Virus record (IMG/VR): IMGVR_UViG_3300003375_000063 | Coordinates: 1 to 38,333 of that record | Length of the DNA: 38,333 bases | From: a virus | Lineage: Duplodnaviria; Caudoviricetes | Reading direction: 5' to 3' (one strand) | Shown: positions 1-9,782 of the stretch, one piece after another | Numbering within the stretch: position 1 is the first letter of the stretch | Layout of the letters: each line of letters begins with the position of its first letter | Notes under the pieces: generated by a model | The model's database searches: none | Told to the model about the DNA's origin: nothing | What the model saw: only the letters and a program-made list of their open reading frames with translations | Translations under genes and position numbers: made by a program

Positions 1-100
1 TGCTGATTTTGCTGTGTACGGGTTCTGAGCATGTTTTGCCTGCAATTACAGGCGAATCCGACCCTGAGACCATCGTCAATTGCTACGAAAGTGAGCTGGC

Positions 101-406
101 ATGTTGCCAAAGACCGGTTTGATCGTTGCCTACACCCTGTCTCAGCAGGACGCCGAGGCAATCCGCAGTCGGCGCACGGACGCGGCCCGCTCGGCAGCCA
201 AGCATCGCGAGGAAGCAGACGGATCACAGATCCACATGGGCAACCAACCTGCTGCGGGCAACGTATACCCGATGATCATCACGCGCGCATGGGGCAAAAC
301 TGAGGGAAGTGCCGTCAATGGCCAGGTCCTACTCGACGGAAACGACACCCATTGGGTGACATCGGTGACCGAAGGTGAAGGCGAGCGGCATTTCGCTGCC
401 CTTTAA
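101..406 (+). CDS. hypothetical phage protein upstream of terminase
   Basis: 101-aa ORF with globular-looking composition (YPMIITRAW...VNGQVLLDGNDTHWVTS), same strand as the packaging operon. Confidence 0.7.
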   Translation: MLPKTGLIVAYTLSQQDAEAIRSRRTDAARSAAKHREEADGSQIHMGNQPAAGNVYPMIITRAWGKTEGSAVNGQVLLDGNDTHWVTSVTEGEGERHFAAL

Positions 407-490
407 GGGCTAAACCCCGTAGTTTCTGGCGGTTTCCGTGTCGTTTGCTGTGGTTTCGCGGCAGTTTCCGAGTGTTCTTAGGGGGTTCTG

Positions 491-943
491 ATGGCTATTT
501 CGGGACCGCCGCCGAAGGACCCGTCGGTTCGTGCTCGACGGAACAAGGAAACGGTGACGCCGACGACGATTAAGTTCGTCAAGGGTGAGCAGCCTCAGCT
601 TCCTGAGGGAATTGAGTGGCCCGATCGCACTCGCGAATGGTGGCAGACGTGGGCTAAGTCTCCGTTGGCTGAGCACTTCATGGATGTGGACTGGCAGGTG
701 CTGCTCGACGCGGCGCTGCTGCACGCGAACGTGTGGGGTCCGAAGGCGTCGTTAACGCACCTGGCGAAGCTGATCGCGATCGAGAAGGACTTCGGTGCGA
801 CGTTCACCGCGCGTCTGCAGCTGCGGATTCAGGCCGCGGTAGCTGACGAGACCGATAGTCGCCGTGGCGCGCCGTCGCAGACCGAGGGAGCAGAGCAGCC
901 TAAGCCGGGGAATGATCCGCGCAGGGCGCTGAGGGTCGTGTGA
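491..943 (+). CDS. terminase small subunit
   Basis: N-terminal GPPPK...RARRNK, W..W..SP motif and FGAT..AR..LRI typical of actinophage TerS; GTGA overlap with the large subunit. Confidence 0.85.
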   Translation: MAISGPPPKDPSVRARRNKETVTPTTIKFVKGEQPQLPEGIEWPDRTREWWQTWAKSPLAEHFMDVDWQVLLDAALLHANVWGPKASLTHLAKLIAIEKDFGATFTARLQLRIQAAVADETDSRRGAPSQTEGAEQPKPGNDPRRALRVV

Positions 944-2586
944 GCCTGCTAGTTGTGCCGGACGTTGATCCGGAGCCGTGGCCGACGTTGGGGCCGTTGC
1001 TGGAGCAGTTCCTGACGGAGCGGTCGATCTTCGGGCCGGGGAGCTTGAAGGGTGAGCCGTATCGGCTCGATGACGAGTTCCGCGCGATCCTGTACCGCGC
1101 TTACGAGGTGTATCCGCAGGGGCATCGGTTGGCTGGCCGGCGGCGGTTCAAACGCGGCGGGTACTCGGTGCGGAAGGGTCTGAGTAAGACCGAGAAGCTC
1201 GCGCAGATCACGTTCCTTGAGCTGCATGGCGAGGCGCCGGTTCGGTGCGATGGGTTCGACGCGGCGGGTAATCCGGTGGGTCGGCCGGTGCGTGATCCTT
1301 ACATTCCGTTGCTCGCTGTGACTGTCGAGCAGGTGGAAGAGCTCGGCTACGGCGCGCTGTTTTACATCATTAGCGAGGGGCCGGACGCGGATCTGTTCGA
1401 TTGCACGCAGGAGCGGATCATTCGGCTGGATCGTCGAGGGCACGCTGATGGCAAGTGTGTCCCGCTGAGTAACTCACCGGGTGCTCGTGATGGTGCTCGG
1501 ACGACTTTCCAGGCCTTTGATGAGCCTCACCGGTTGTTTCTGCCGCGCGCGATCGCTGCGCACGAAACGATGCTGGCGAACCTGGAGAAGCGGGTGCTTG
1601 AGGACCCGTGGGGCCTCTACGTCGGGACGGCCGGTGAGCTTGGCCAGGGCTCGATTGCGGAGAGCCTGCACATTGAGGCTGAGCAGATCCGTGACCGCAA
1701 GAAAACCGGTGACTCTCAGCTGTTCTACGTGCATCGAGATGCGTCGCCTGGGCATGACATGACGACGTTGGAAGGCCGGATCGGTGCGATCAGCGAAGCA
1801 ACTGGTCCGATCGGTGAGTACGGGCCGGGGCAGTTCGAGTCGATCGCGAAGCAGTGGGATCGACAGGGGGCGGACCTGTCGTACTTGGAGCGGGTGTGGC
1901 TTAACCGGTGGATTCGTTCCGGAGCGCAAGCATTCGATCCGAAACGTTGGGTGCATGACCTGGCGGTGAGTGATCCGATCCCGGCTGGTGCATTCGTTAC
2001 CGCCGGATTCGACGGCGCACGGTTCCGTGATGCCACGGGAATTGTGCTGACTGACATCGTGACGGGCCGTCAGATGGCGTGGGCTGTGTGGGAGCGTCCG
2101 GAGGACGTCGAGGTGTGGGAATGCCCGGAGAACGAGGTCACGGCCGCGTGGGGGGAGATCCGGGAGCGGTTCGAGCTGCACGTGGCGTACTGCGATCCGC
2201 CGCATTGGACGGAGACGGTGGGGTCGTGGGCTAACCGTTGGCCGGATCAGTTCGAGGAGTGGTGGACGAACCGCACTTCGCACATGGTGCGTGCTGTTCG
2301 CGCGTACCGGGAGGCGATGCAGTCCGGTGCGCTCACGCACACGGCCCGTGAGGGGAACACGGTCGACGCGGCGTTTGACCGGCACGTTGCTGCCGCGGGC
2401 CGTCACAACGTGAACATGTGGGACGACAACGGCCAGCAGCTGTTTGTGCTCCGCAAGATCGCGGAGGAACGGAAGTTCGACCTCGCGATGGCTGGGTGTT
2501 TGAGCTGGCAGGCGCGGCTGGATGCGGTGAAGTCCGGTGCGAAGCCGAAGGGCTCCGGAGTGTTCGTGCCTTACCGAGTGCGGTAG
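940..2586 (+). CDS. terminase large subunit
   Basis: Walker A-like VRKGLSKTE, Walker B FQAFDEPH, nuclease GFDG...D motif and C-terminal KFDLAMA; 548 aa. Confidence 0.95.
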   Translation: MSLLVVPDVDPEPWPTLGPLLEQFLTERSIFGPGSLKGEPYRLDDEFRAILYRAYEVYPQGHRLAGRRRFKRGGYSVRKGLSKTEKLAQITFLELHGEAPVRCDGFDAAGNPVGRPVRDPYIPLLAVTVEQVEELGYGALFYIISEGPDADLFDCTQERIIRLDRRGHADGKCVPLSNSPGARDGARTTFQAFDEPHRLFLPRAIAAHETMLANLEKRVLEDPWGLYVGTAGELGQGSIAESLHIEAEQIRDRKKTGDSQLFYVHRDASPGHDMTTLEGRIGAISEATGPIGEYGPGQFESIAKQWDRQGADLSYLERVWLNRWIRSGAQAFDPKRWVHDLAVSDPIPAGAFVTAGFDGARFRDATGIVLTDIVTGRQMAWAVWERPEDVEVWECPENEVTAAWGEIRERFELHVAYCDPPHWTETVGSWANRWPDQFEEWWTNRTSHMVRAVRAYREAMQSGALTHTAREGNTVDAAFDRHVAAAGRHNVNMWDDNGQQLFVLRKIAEERKFDLAMAGCLSWQARLDAVKSGAKPKGSGVFVPYRVR

Positions 2587-2607
2587 TCGATCGAGAGGGG
2601 GTTCATC

Positions 2608-4098
2608 GTGGAGGACACGACCGATGACCCCACGTCGGACGCCTATTGGCTGCAGAAGCTGTTCGCGCAGCTGAAGGTGCAGCAGGCGAGGTGCGAGAAG
2701 CTGCAGAACCGGTATGAGGGCAATGCGCCTCTGCCTTTTGTGTCGCCGATTCAGCGTGACGCGGTGCGGTGGTTCGTGGAGAAGTCCAGGACGAACTGGG
2801 AACGGCTGATCGTCAATTCGGTGCTGGCCCGGATGACAGTGCAGGGCATCCGAACGGCGGTCGGTGACGGCGACGACGGGGACGCCGAGGGTTACCGGAC
2901 GTATAAGCGCGCTCGGATGAAGCTCGTGAACACCGACACCATCAAGATGGCGCTGGCGATGAGCTTGGCGTATCAGGTGACCGGTAAGGACGCCAAAGGC
3001 AATCTGCTGGTCACAGCAGAAGACCCGCGGATGATGACGGCGATCACGAACCCTGAGAACCCCTATGAGGTTCTGGCGGCGTTGAAGGTGTTCCACGACG
3101 ACGTGCGGGATCAGGACGTCGCGTACCTGTTCCGTCCGGGCCGTCTGAAGGTGGCGTATCGGCCACGGAAGACGATGGCGACGACACCGAATCTGCAGTT
3201 CTCGGTGCGGGCGTGGGAGTGGGACAGCGCGACGCTGAATGACCTCGGTGAGGTCATCGTCGCTGACCGGGGCGGTGACCTCGATTGGCTCGTTAACCCT
3301 GATGGGACGTTCAAGGTCGGCAACGGGATGCCGGTGACGGTGTTCGTCAACGAGGATGGGATGGCTGAGTTCGAGCCGTACCTGAATCAGATCGACCGGA
3401 TCAATCAGCAGATCCTGCAGCGGATGACGATTGCCACGATCCAGGCGTTCAAGCAGCGCGCCTTCAAGGGCCTACCGCAGGAAGACCCGAAGACTGGCGA
3501 GAAGATCGACTATGACGCGATCTTTGTTGCTGATCCGGGTGCGATCTGGAATATCCCAGCTGCCGTTGAGATCTGGGAGTCCGGGCAGGTTGATCTTCAG
3601 CCGATCCTGATGGCGATCCGCGATGACGTGAAGGATCTGTCGGCGGTGTCGGGTACGCCGCTGTATGCGGTCACGCCGGACGCAGCGAATGGGTCAGCTG
3701 AGGGCGCGTCGTTGCAGCGTGAGCAGCACACGTTCAAGGTTCAGATGCGTCGTGATCGGTTCGAGCCGAGTATGGAGCTGACGGCCGAGCTGATCTTCAT
3801 GACGATTGAGGACTCTGAGCGTGCGGTTCCGGGGTCGATGGAGATCATTTGGGCTCCGCTGGAGCTGAATTCGATCTCAGCGAAGGCGAATGCGATCGCG
3901 CAGACGAAGGGCGTGATGAGCCGCTTCACGCAGCTCACGGACATCTGGGGGATGACGCCGCAGAAGGCGCATCAGACATTGAGTGAGCTGGAGGGAGACT
4001 TCCTGCTTGATCAGCAGTACTCGGCCGTGTCGGCGGCGAACGCTCCTGCTGTCGGCGCTAAGCCCGCTCCGGTGCCTGATTTGGTTGGTGCGCCGTGA
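2608..4098 (+). CDS. portal protein
   Basis: 496 aa directly after TerL; YEG..PL, TNW..LIV, EFEP....IDRIN, QAFKQR motifs of SPP1 gp6-like actinophage portals. Confidence 0.93.
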   Translation: MEDTTDDPTSDAYWLQKLFAQLKVQQARCEKLQNRYEGNAPLPFVSPIQRDAVRWFVEKSRTNWERLIVNSVLARMTVQGIRTAVGDGDDGDAEGYRTYKRARMKLVNTDTIKMALAMSLAYQVTGKDAKGNLLVTAEDPRMMTAITNPENPYEVLAALKVFHDDVRDQDVAYLFRPGRLKVAYRPRKTMATTPNLQFSVRAWEWDSATLNDLGEVIVADRGGDLDWLVNPDGTFKVGNGMPVTVFVNEDGMAEFEPYLNQIDRINQQILQRMTIATIQAFKQRAFKGLPQEDPKTGEKIDYDAIFVADPGAIWNIPAAVEIWESGQVDLQPILMAIRDDVKDLSAVSGTPLYAVTPDAANGSAEGASLQREQHTFKVQMRRDRFEPSMELTAELIFMTIEDSERAVPGSMEIIWAPLELNSISAKANAIAQTKGVMSRFTQLTDIWGMTPQKAHQTLSELEGDFLLDQQYSAVSAANAPAVGAKPAPVPDLVGAP

Positions 4099-5135
4099 CG
4101 TCGCCGCAGGTTGATGCTGCTGTTGTAGCGACGGTGGAGGCGCAGTCTGCGGCCAGGTCAACGTTGGTGGCGCAAATGGAGGCCTTAGCTGCGAATGCGG
4201 TGCGTCATTTCAGCGGTTGGTATGACCATGCGGCGATCACAGTGTGGTCGGCGCAGGTTGCTGCTCGGCTGGAGGCAATGCAGGCCCGGATGGCGTCGCA
4301 AACCGATGCGTATCTGACGCGGTTGGTGTCGCAGCTGAATGGGCCGGTGCGGCCGGTGGGTCGGGTCAGTGTGTCGGGTTTGCGTGTGGGTGTCACTCAT
4401 GCGGGTGCCGTCGCGCGGGCTACGGACACGTACCGGTATCAGCAGTCTCGGATCGACTCGATCGCACCGAAGATCCTGAGTGATCCCGCATCGGCGGAGC
4501 CGCTGCTGAGTATCGTGTCGCCGCTGGATGCAGCTGTGCAGCGCGCTCAGAGTGTCGCGAGCATGGATGGGCAGTTAGCGTTCCGCGCGCAGTCCACGGC
4601 GAACATGAGTGCGCTGCCGGACATCAGTGGGTATCGACGGGTGATCCACCCGGAACTCAGTAAGGGCGGGACGTGCGGGCTTTGTATCGCGGCGTCGGAT
4701 CGCCTGTACGGCAAGCATGAGCTGCTTCCGTTGCACGATCACTGCGAGTGCACGACGTTGCCTGTGATAGCCGGACAAGATCCGGGATCGGCGCTGAATC
4801 GGGCTGATCTGACCGCCGCGTACAGGCTGGCCGGCGGAACTGGTCGGCAGAAGCTGAAAGCCGTGCGGTTCCGCATCGATCAGCATGGCGAGCTTGGGCC
4901 GGTGCTGACAGCGCATAAGGATGCGTTTCGCTCACCAAGTGATGCGAAGGCCTCGGCGCGTCCGGCCCGGCCATCTGTTGATCCTCGTGCGCAGTTGCAG
5001 CGGATACGTGACATGCAAGCTCGGGCGTTGCCGAAAGCACGTGAGTTAGCCGCGAGCGACCCGAAGAAGTGGGGTCGTTACCTCAATCAGCTTGAGGTGC
5101 GAGTGAAGGACTTGGATACGCAGCTCGCTGCGTGA
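4095..5135 (+). CDS. MuF-like minor head / capsid maturation protein
   Basis: Position after portal; GYRRVIHPELSKGGTCGLCIAASDR..H..C.C motif. Confidence 0.8.
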   Translation: MTSPQVDAAVVATVEAQSAARSTLVAQMEALAANAVRHFSGWYDHAAITVWSAQVAARLEAMQARMASQTDAYLTRLVSQLNGPVRPVGRVSVSGLRVGVTHAGAVARATDTYRYQQSRIDSIAPKILSDPASAEPLLSIVSPLDAAVQRAQSVASMDGQLAFRAQSTANMSALPDISGYRRVIHPELSKGGTCGLCIAASDRLYGKHELLPLHDHCECTTLPVIAGQDPGSALNRADLTAAYRLAGGTGRQKLKAVRFRIDQHGELGPVLTAHKDAFRSPSDAKASARPARPSVDPRAQLQRIRDMQARALPKARELAASDPKKWGRYLNQLEVRVKDLDTQLAA

Positions 5136-5157
5136 TTCCCCCGCCTTGTGTGGGCGT

Positions 5158-5221
5158 TACCGGCCACGTTTCTGACCGGGTCTCAGGGAAAAGACGGTAC
5201 CGGCCACGTTTCTGACCGGGT
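5158..5221 (+). repeat. 24-bp perfect direct repeat (two copies, 40-bp period) in the scaffold leader
   Basis: TACCGGCCACGTTTCTGACCGGGT at 5158-5181 and 5198-5221. Confidence 0.95.
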
Positions 5222-5261
5222 TTCGGCGACGGCCCGTAAACGGAAAAGGAAAAGAAACCAA

Positions 5262-5903
5262 ATGAACCAATTGCCTATTCATCCCCGCACTGGCCTGCAA
5301 GCAGTGGGCATTGTGAAGGGTCGGCCAGTGTGGCCGATCCTCGGTGGGAGCGGCGAAGGTGGCACAGGTGACGGCAACGGCACGGGTGAGACTGCGCCGC
5401 CTGCATCTGACTGGAAACCCCCAGCGACACAAGCTGATCTGGATCGGATCATCCAAGACAGGTTGGCGCGAGAGACACGGAAGTACTCCGACTACGAGAC
5501 CCTGAAGGCCAAGGCTGATGCGCACGATGCGCTTCAGCAGGAACTGGCGTCGGACACCGAGCGGGCCGTGCAAGCTGCTCGGCAGGAAGAGCGCGAGAAA
5601 GCAGCCGCGACCCACGGGCCGCGTTTGGCGACCGCCGCGATTAAGGCGGAAGCGAAGGGTGTTCTGCCGGACTCGGTACTTCAGGCGTGGCTTGAGGACG
5701 CCGACACCACGAGGTACCTGACTGCTGACGGTGAGCCGGACACGGAGAAGATCACCGCCAAAATCAAGGCGTTGTCGTCCGGTCAGGCATCGAGCAAGGT
5801 GACGACGCTCGGCCAGGGCAACCGGCAGGGTGTCGCGCCGAAGCCAGGTGACCAAGGAAGAGCGATGGCGGCGAAGCGCGGGTTCACAAAGCCCGCGCAG
5901 TAA
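5262..5903 (+). CDS. capsid scaffolding protein
   Basis: ATG 5262 after AAAGGA; TQADLDRIIQDRLARE..KYSDYETLKAKA coiled-coil motif typical of scaffolds. Confidence 0.88.
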   Translation: MNQLPIHPRTGLQAVGIVKGRPVWPILGGSGEGGTGDGNGTGETAPPASDWKPPATQADLDRIIQDRLARETRKYSDYETLKAKADAHDALQQELASDTERAVQAARQEEREKAAATHGPRLATAAIKAEAKGVLPDSVLQAWLEDADTTRYLTADGEPDTEKITAKIKALSSGQASSKVTTLGQGNRQGVAPKPGDQGRAMAAKRGFTKPAQ

Positions 5904-5973
5904 CACCAAAGGTCCTGACGCCTCGGGCCGAAACCCCAATCCAATTTACGCACCCTGAAAGGGGCTATTCGGC

Positions 5974-6408
5974 ATGTCCGGAACTGACATCAGCGTTTAT
6001 ACCCAGCAATTCCAGGCAGAAAACCTGTCCTGGGATCTCACTCCTGTTGATGGCGGATTCGTCATCGGCGGGACGCTCGATCTGACGGCGTTCAACCAGG
6101 CTCAGCACTTCGCGAACGGCTACTTGCCGTCCGGGACTGTCCTCGGTCTGATCACGGCCAGCGGCAAGCTCGGCCCCTACTTGTCGACGGCGACTGATGG
6201 CCGTCAGACGGCTGTCGGCATTCTCCGCGCGTCGGTGAAGGTCGTGCAGCCGAACGGAACGCTGCTCACCTCGTCGGGCGCTGCAGCTCTGGTCCACGGG
6301 TACGTGAGTGCCAGCAAGTTGCCGTTCACGTCCGCGACGGCCGCGCTCGGCGGGTACCTCGATGCCGCCGCGCAGACCGCTCTCCGACTCATCTACGTCA
6401 CGGCCTAA
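5974..6408 (+). CDS. head decoration protein (lambda gpD-like)
   Basis: SGTVLGLITASGKLGPY...DGRQTAVGIL motif; lies between scaffold and capsid. Confidence 0.85.
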   Translation: MSGTDISVYTQQFQAENLSWDLTPVDGGFVIGGTLDLTAFNQAQHFANGYLPSGTVLGLITASGKLGPYLSTATDGRQTAVGILRASVKVVQPNGTLLTSSGAAALVHGYVSASKLPFTSATAALGGYLDAAAQTALRLIYVTA

Positions 6409-6422
6409 GGGGACTGACAACT

Positions 6423-7466
6423 ATGGCGATTGTTTTCGACGGCCCGGTACTTCCTGATGATCTGACGATCTTCATCCGGGAGATCCCGCTGCCCAACACG
6501 CTGACGCTTAACAGCATCCTGCCGGACAAGACGCTGACGAACAACAAGGTCGACTTCGCGTTGATCACGAAGACTGGTCGTACGGCTCGTTTCCGTATGT
6601 TCGATGGTCCGATTCACACGGCGCAGCGTGATGTGGCGTCCACGAGCGTTGTGCGGCTCCCTCCGTTGTCCGACACCCTCAGCATGGGTGAGCTGGAGAC
6701 GTTGGAGCTGGAGTTCGCCCGGACGGGTGGGACGAATCAGCAGGCGTTTGTGGAGGCGATCTACAACGATGCGCAGAATCTGACGAACAACATCCAGCGT
6801 CGTATGGAGCTGGCTCGTGGTGATGTGCTCACCGACGGGAAGTTCACGATGATGACGTCTGAGGGTCAGTTGCAGGCTGACTTCTCGCTGCCTGGCTCGA
6901 ATCTGGTGACGGCGCCGATCCTGTGGTCTGACACGGCGAACTCGCTGCCGATCACCGACATGATCGGGTGGGTTCAGGCGTACGTGATCCTCAATGGCTA
7001 CCCGCCGAAGTCGTTCACGACGAGCCGCCAGACGCTGAACAACCTACTCAGCAATGTTTCGTTGCGTGCGTTGTTCAGCTCGCTGGTCGGTTCACCGTCT
7101 CGGCTTTCGCCGGGACAGCTGAACTCGGCTCTGACCGACTTCGGGTTGCCGACGATCGAAGAGCCGTATGACTCGGCTGTCGACGTCGATGGCACGATCA
7201 CGCGGGTCACGCCGATCAACAAGGTGTTCTTCACGCCTCCGGACCCGGAGAACAACCTCGGCTACACGGCGTGGGGTGTGTCTGCGACAGCGCTGAAGCT
7301 CGTTGCGTCGCCGGAGACGGAGCTGAGCTTCGAGGACGCTCCCGGGATCGTGGGCATCGTTGATCGTTCCGACGCGCCGCCGTACCGCGAGACGACGTTC
7401 GTGGATGCGGTCGGTATGCCGGTGCTGATCAACCCCCGCAGTCTGATGGTGGCCACGGTCGCCTAA
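6423..7466 (+). CDS. major capsid protein (lambda gpE-like family)
   Basis: 347 aa; R.A.FR.FD, LPPLS, RRMELARGDVLTDGK, C-terminal GMPVLINP. Confidence 0.92.
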   Translation: MAIVFDGPVLPDDLTIFIREIPLPNTLTLNSILPDKTLTNNKVDFALITKTGRTARFRMFDGPIHTAQRDVASTSVVRLPPLSDTLSMGELETLELEFARTGGTNQQAFVEAIYNDAQNLTNNIQRRMELARGDVLTDGKFTMMTSEGQLQADFSLPGSNLVTAPILWSDTANSLPITDMIGWVQAYVILNGYPPKSFTTSRQTLNNLLSNVSLRALFSSLVGSPSRLSPGQLNSALTDFGLPTIEEPYDSAVDVDGTITRVTPINKVFFTPPDPENNLGYTAWGVSATALKLVASPETELSFEDAPGIVGIVDRSDAPPYRETTFVDAVGMPVLINPRSLMVATVA

Positions 7467-7478
7467 GTAGTCGCTGGT

Positions 7479-7509
7479 CGGTGGGTCACGTTCGCCGCGT
7501 GGCCCACCG
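7479..7509 (+). terminator. 12-bp stem-loop after the capsid gene (terminator/mRNA stabiliser)
   Basis: CGGTGGGTCACG / CGTGGCCCACCG with one G-U pair and a 7-nt loop; no U-tract. Confidence 0.6.
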
Positions 7510-7550
7510 GCATCGGCCCCTGATCCGCTCAAATTTTGGAAGGCAAACAA

Positions 7551-7988
7551 ATGAGCCTCAACACCACAGTTATCGTCCACACGCCCCGCGACGGCCATGA
7601 CGGGAAGTTCGGTCCAGGCGACCCACTTCCGGAATGGGCCGCTGTGCAGATCGGTGCGCATTGCTTCGAGGGCGGCATCCATCCCTACCCGGAATTGCCG
7701 TACCCCGGCAACACGGCAGTCGCTTCGGCTGAGCCTGAGGTGCAGCGTGTGCCTGGCGCGGAGCCGCCTCGTGCGGGTCGTGGCGCGAGCCGTGACGCGT
7801 GGGCTGCGTTCGCCGCTGAGCACGCACAGCCGGTGGTCACTGATGACACCCGGGACAGCATCATCGCGAAGCTCATCGCTGCGGGAGTGATCGCGGCACC
7901 TGAAGCACCGTCCGCAGTCGCCGTGGACGCGTCGCCCGCGTCAGATGCTGTGACGGCGCCTGATGGCCAGGACGCGACGCAGCAGTAG
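7551..7988 (+). CDS. hypothetical virion-associated protein
   Basis: ATG 7551 after GGAAGG; FGPGD.LPEWA and PPRAGRGASRDAW motifs commonly seen after actinophage capsid genes. Confidence 0.7.
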   Translation: MSLNTTVIVHTPRDGHDGKFGPGDPLPEWAAVQIGAHCFEGGIHPYPELPYPGNTAVASAEPEVQRVPGAEPPRAGRGASRDAWAAFAAEHAQPVVTDDTRDSIIAKLIAAGVIAAPEAPSAVAVDASPASDAVTAPDGQDATQQ

Positions 7989-8021
7989 TCACGTAACTGA
8001 CGCACAGAAGGGCGGCGGATC

Positions 8022-8585
8022 ATGGGGCTACCAGCGTTGGCCAGCGTCGATGACCTGGAAGCGGTGTTCCGTCCGATGGCGAACGACGAGGAACGCAACG
8101 TTGCGATGGAGCTCCTGCTCAAGGCTTCGGCGCGGCTGCGTCAGCAGGCGCCGTGGGATCTTGACGCGAGGATCGCGCTATTCGCTGCTGGGACGGGCGA
8201 CCGGATGGCTTTAGATCCGGTTCTTGTCGCGGATGTGGTGGCGACGATCGTGAAGAAGTTCCTTACGAACCCGGACGGCGTTGCGAGTTCGACGGAGAGC
8301 GCAGGCGTGTTCTCGCGTACCCAGATGTTCGTTGCGCGGTCTGACAAGACCGGAGCGGACGCGCGCGGGGGATTGGTCGTCACTGATGGTGATATTCAGG
8401 CGTTGTTCCCGCCTCCGGGTGGAAGCAATTTCGGATCGGTGCGCCTCGGTACGGGCAAGGTGCCGTGGGACTTGGGTGCGTACGGTACGCCAGTCGCAAG
8501 CGAAGGTCACATCGTCGCAACTGGCAATGGTGTGATCGAGACAGTCGAGGACCCGTATTCGGGGCTGATTCCGCCGATCCAGTGA
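8022..8585 (+). CDS. head-to-tail adaptor
   Basis: LASVDDL...LL..AS..LR, V.K.LTNPDG..S.T...G.FS motif; synteny. Confidence 0.85.
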   Translation: MGLPALASVDDLEAVFRPMANDEERNVAMELLLKASARLRQQAPWDLDARIALFAAGTGDRMALDPVLVADVVATIVKKFLTNPDGVASSTESAGVFSRTQMFVARSDKTGADARGGLVVTDGDIQALFPPPGGSNFGSVRLGTGKVPWDLGAYGTPVASEGHIVATGNGVIETVEDPYSGLIPPIQ

Positions 8586-8595
8586 AGGGGGCGGC

Positions 8596-8961
8596 ATGGC
8601 TGGAATGACCTTCCCGAACGGCGAGACAGTCACCGTGTTGTCCCGTGTGCTGATAGGTCGTGACGCCGACAACAACGACACTTTCAGTGTGACGTCTCGA
8701 CCAGTGCGGGGCGTTGCCTTCGTTCCGGCTTCGTCCTCAGAGGACGACCAGGGGCAGATGCTCGTGACGTCGGCGCCGATGTTCCTGTTCGATCAGGCGA
8801 TGCTCACCGCTTCGGGAGTAAGTGACATCAGAGCTGTGGACGCGATTGTGCGGGCCGATGGCTCAAAGTTCGAGGTCGAAGGTGACCCCGAGGTACCGGT
8901 GAGTCCCTTCAGCGGCTGGGCGCCTGGGGTTGTCGTGAGAACGAAACGGGTCACAGGATGA
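8596..8961 (+). CDS. head-to-tail stopper
   Basis: GETVTV..R....D, FEVEGDP..P.SPFSGW.PG...KRVTG; synteny. Confidence 0.85.
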   Translation: MAGMTFPNGETVTVLSRVLIGRDADNNDTFSVTSRPVRGVAFVPASSSEDDQGQMLVTSAPMFLFDQAMLTASGVSDIRAVDAIVRADGSKFEVEGDPEVPVSPFSGWAPGVVVRTKRVTG

Positions 8962-9302
8962 CGACGGTTGACGTACAACTTGACTATGACGGCCTCGGGC
9001 GCATGTTGAAGGCACCGTGGATGGTCGCGGCGATGGCCGCGAGAGCAGAGAAGGGTCTTGTCGTCGCTCATGCTGTGGCATCAGAGCACAACGACACAGG
9101 CGAGTTCGCGGCGTCGTTGTCTCACGGCGCTACTCGTGATGGTGGCGCGCGGCATGATCGCGCTGAGGGTTGGGTGAAAAGCACCGACCCGCATGCGCTA
9201 TCGAAGGAACTTGGTCACCTCAGTGGGAGCCGTGGTGATGTGGATCGTCGGCCTGTCGAGGGGATACATGCTCTCGGGTCTGGGTTGGCGGCTATCAGCT
9301 GA
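8958..9302 (+). CDS. neck/tail completion protein (HK97 gp10-like)
   Basis: DTGEFAAS...HAL..E.G motif; position between stopper and terminator. Confidence 0.7.
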   Translation: MTTVDVQLDYDGLGRMLKAPWMVAAMAARAEKGLVVAHAVASEHNDTGEFAASLSHGATRDGGARHDRAEGWVKSTDPHALSKELGHLSGSRGDVDRRPVEGIHALGSGLAAIS

Positions 9303-9673
9303 TGGAAGAGCAGGCCGTAATTGCTTGGTTCACCGCGCACAGTGAGGTGCGGACGGTGACGGTGACGCCGAATCCGCTGGTCACTCCGTTGTGGAAAGTG
9401 ACGGGGCTTGGTGGTCCGCAGAAGCTGACGGTTGCGCGTCCGTTGATCACGCTGGAGTCATTCGGTGGTACGCGTGCTGAAGCTCGGGATCTCGCGAAGA
9501 CGGCCAATGACATGTTGTTGTTTCGGCTGCGGGGAGTCGTCGGGTCGGTTGCGGTGTCGTCGGTGAGGACGGTGTTGTCGCCTCGGTGGATGCCGTACAG
9601 CGATATTGATGTGTTCCGGTTCGTCGGGAGATATCAGCTATTTCTGCGTGACTTGCAGCCTCAGCTGAGCTGA
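9302..9673 (+). CDS. tail terminator protein
   Basis: 123 aa before major tail; V..LGGP, R.EA.DLA, P.W.P...V.RF..Y.L pattern. Confidence 0.8.
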   Translation: MEEQAVIAWFTAHSEVRTVTVTPNPLVTPLWKVTGLGGPQKLTVARPLITLESFGGTRAEARDLAKTANDMLLFRLRGVVGSVAVSSVRTVLSPRWMPYSDIDVFRFVGRYQLFLRDLQPQLS

Positions 9674-9782
9674 GCTGCCTGTCTTGTGATGCAAGGCCCT
9701 CTCGTTGCGGGAGGGAGTGGTTAGTGGCCAGCGAGCGCCCTCCACCGGATGCGAAGCGTCCTCAATCTAAGTAAGGATCATC

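Noticed and set aside
1474-3096. 540-aa reverse-strand ORF and other long antisense ORFs (e.g. 5157-5939, 24123-24953, 35575-36522, 37180-38034)
   Set aside because: Shadow frames of well-supported + strand genes in high-GC DNA; Arg/His/Pro-rich with no motifs
5158-5221. CRISPR mini-array
   Set aside because: Only two repeats with a 16-bp spacer and no cas genes
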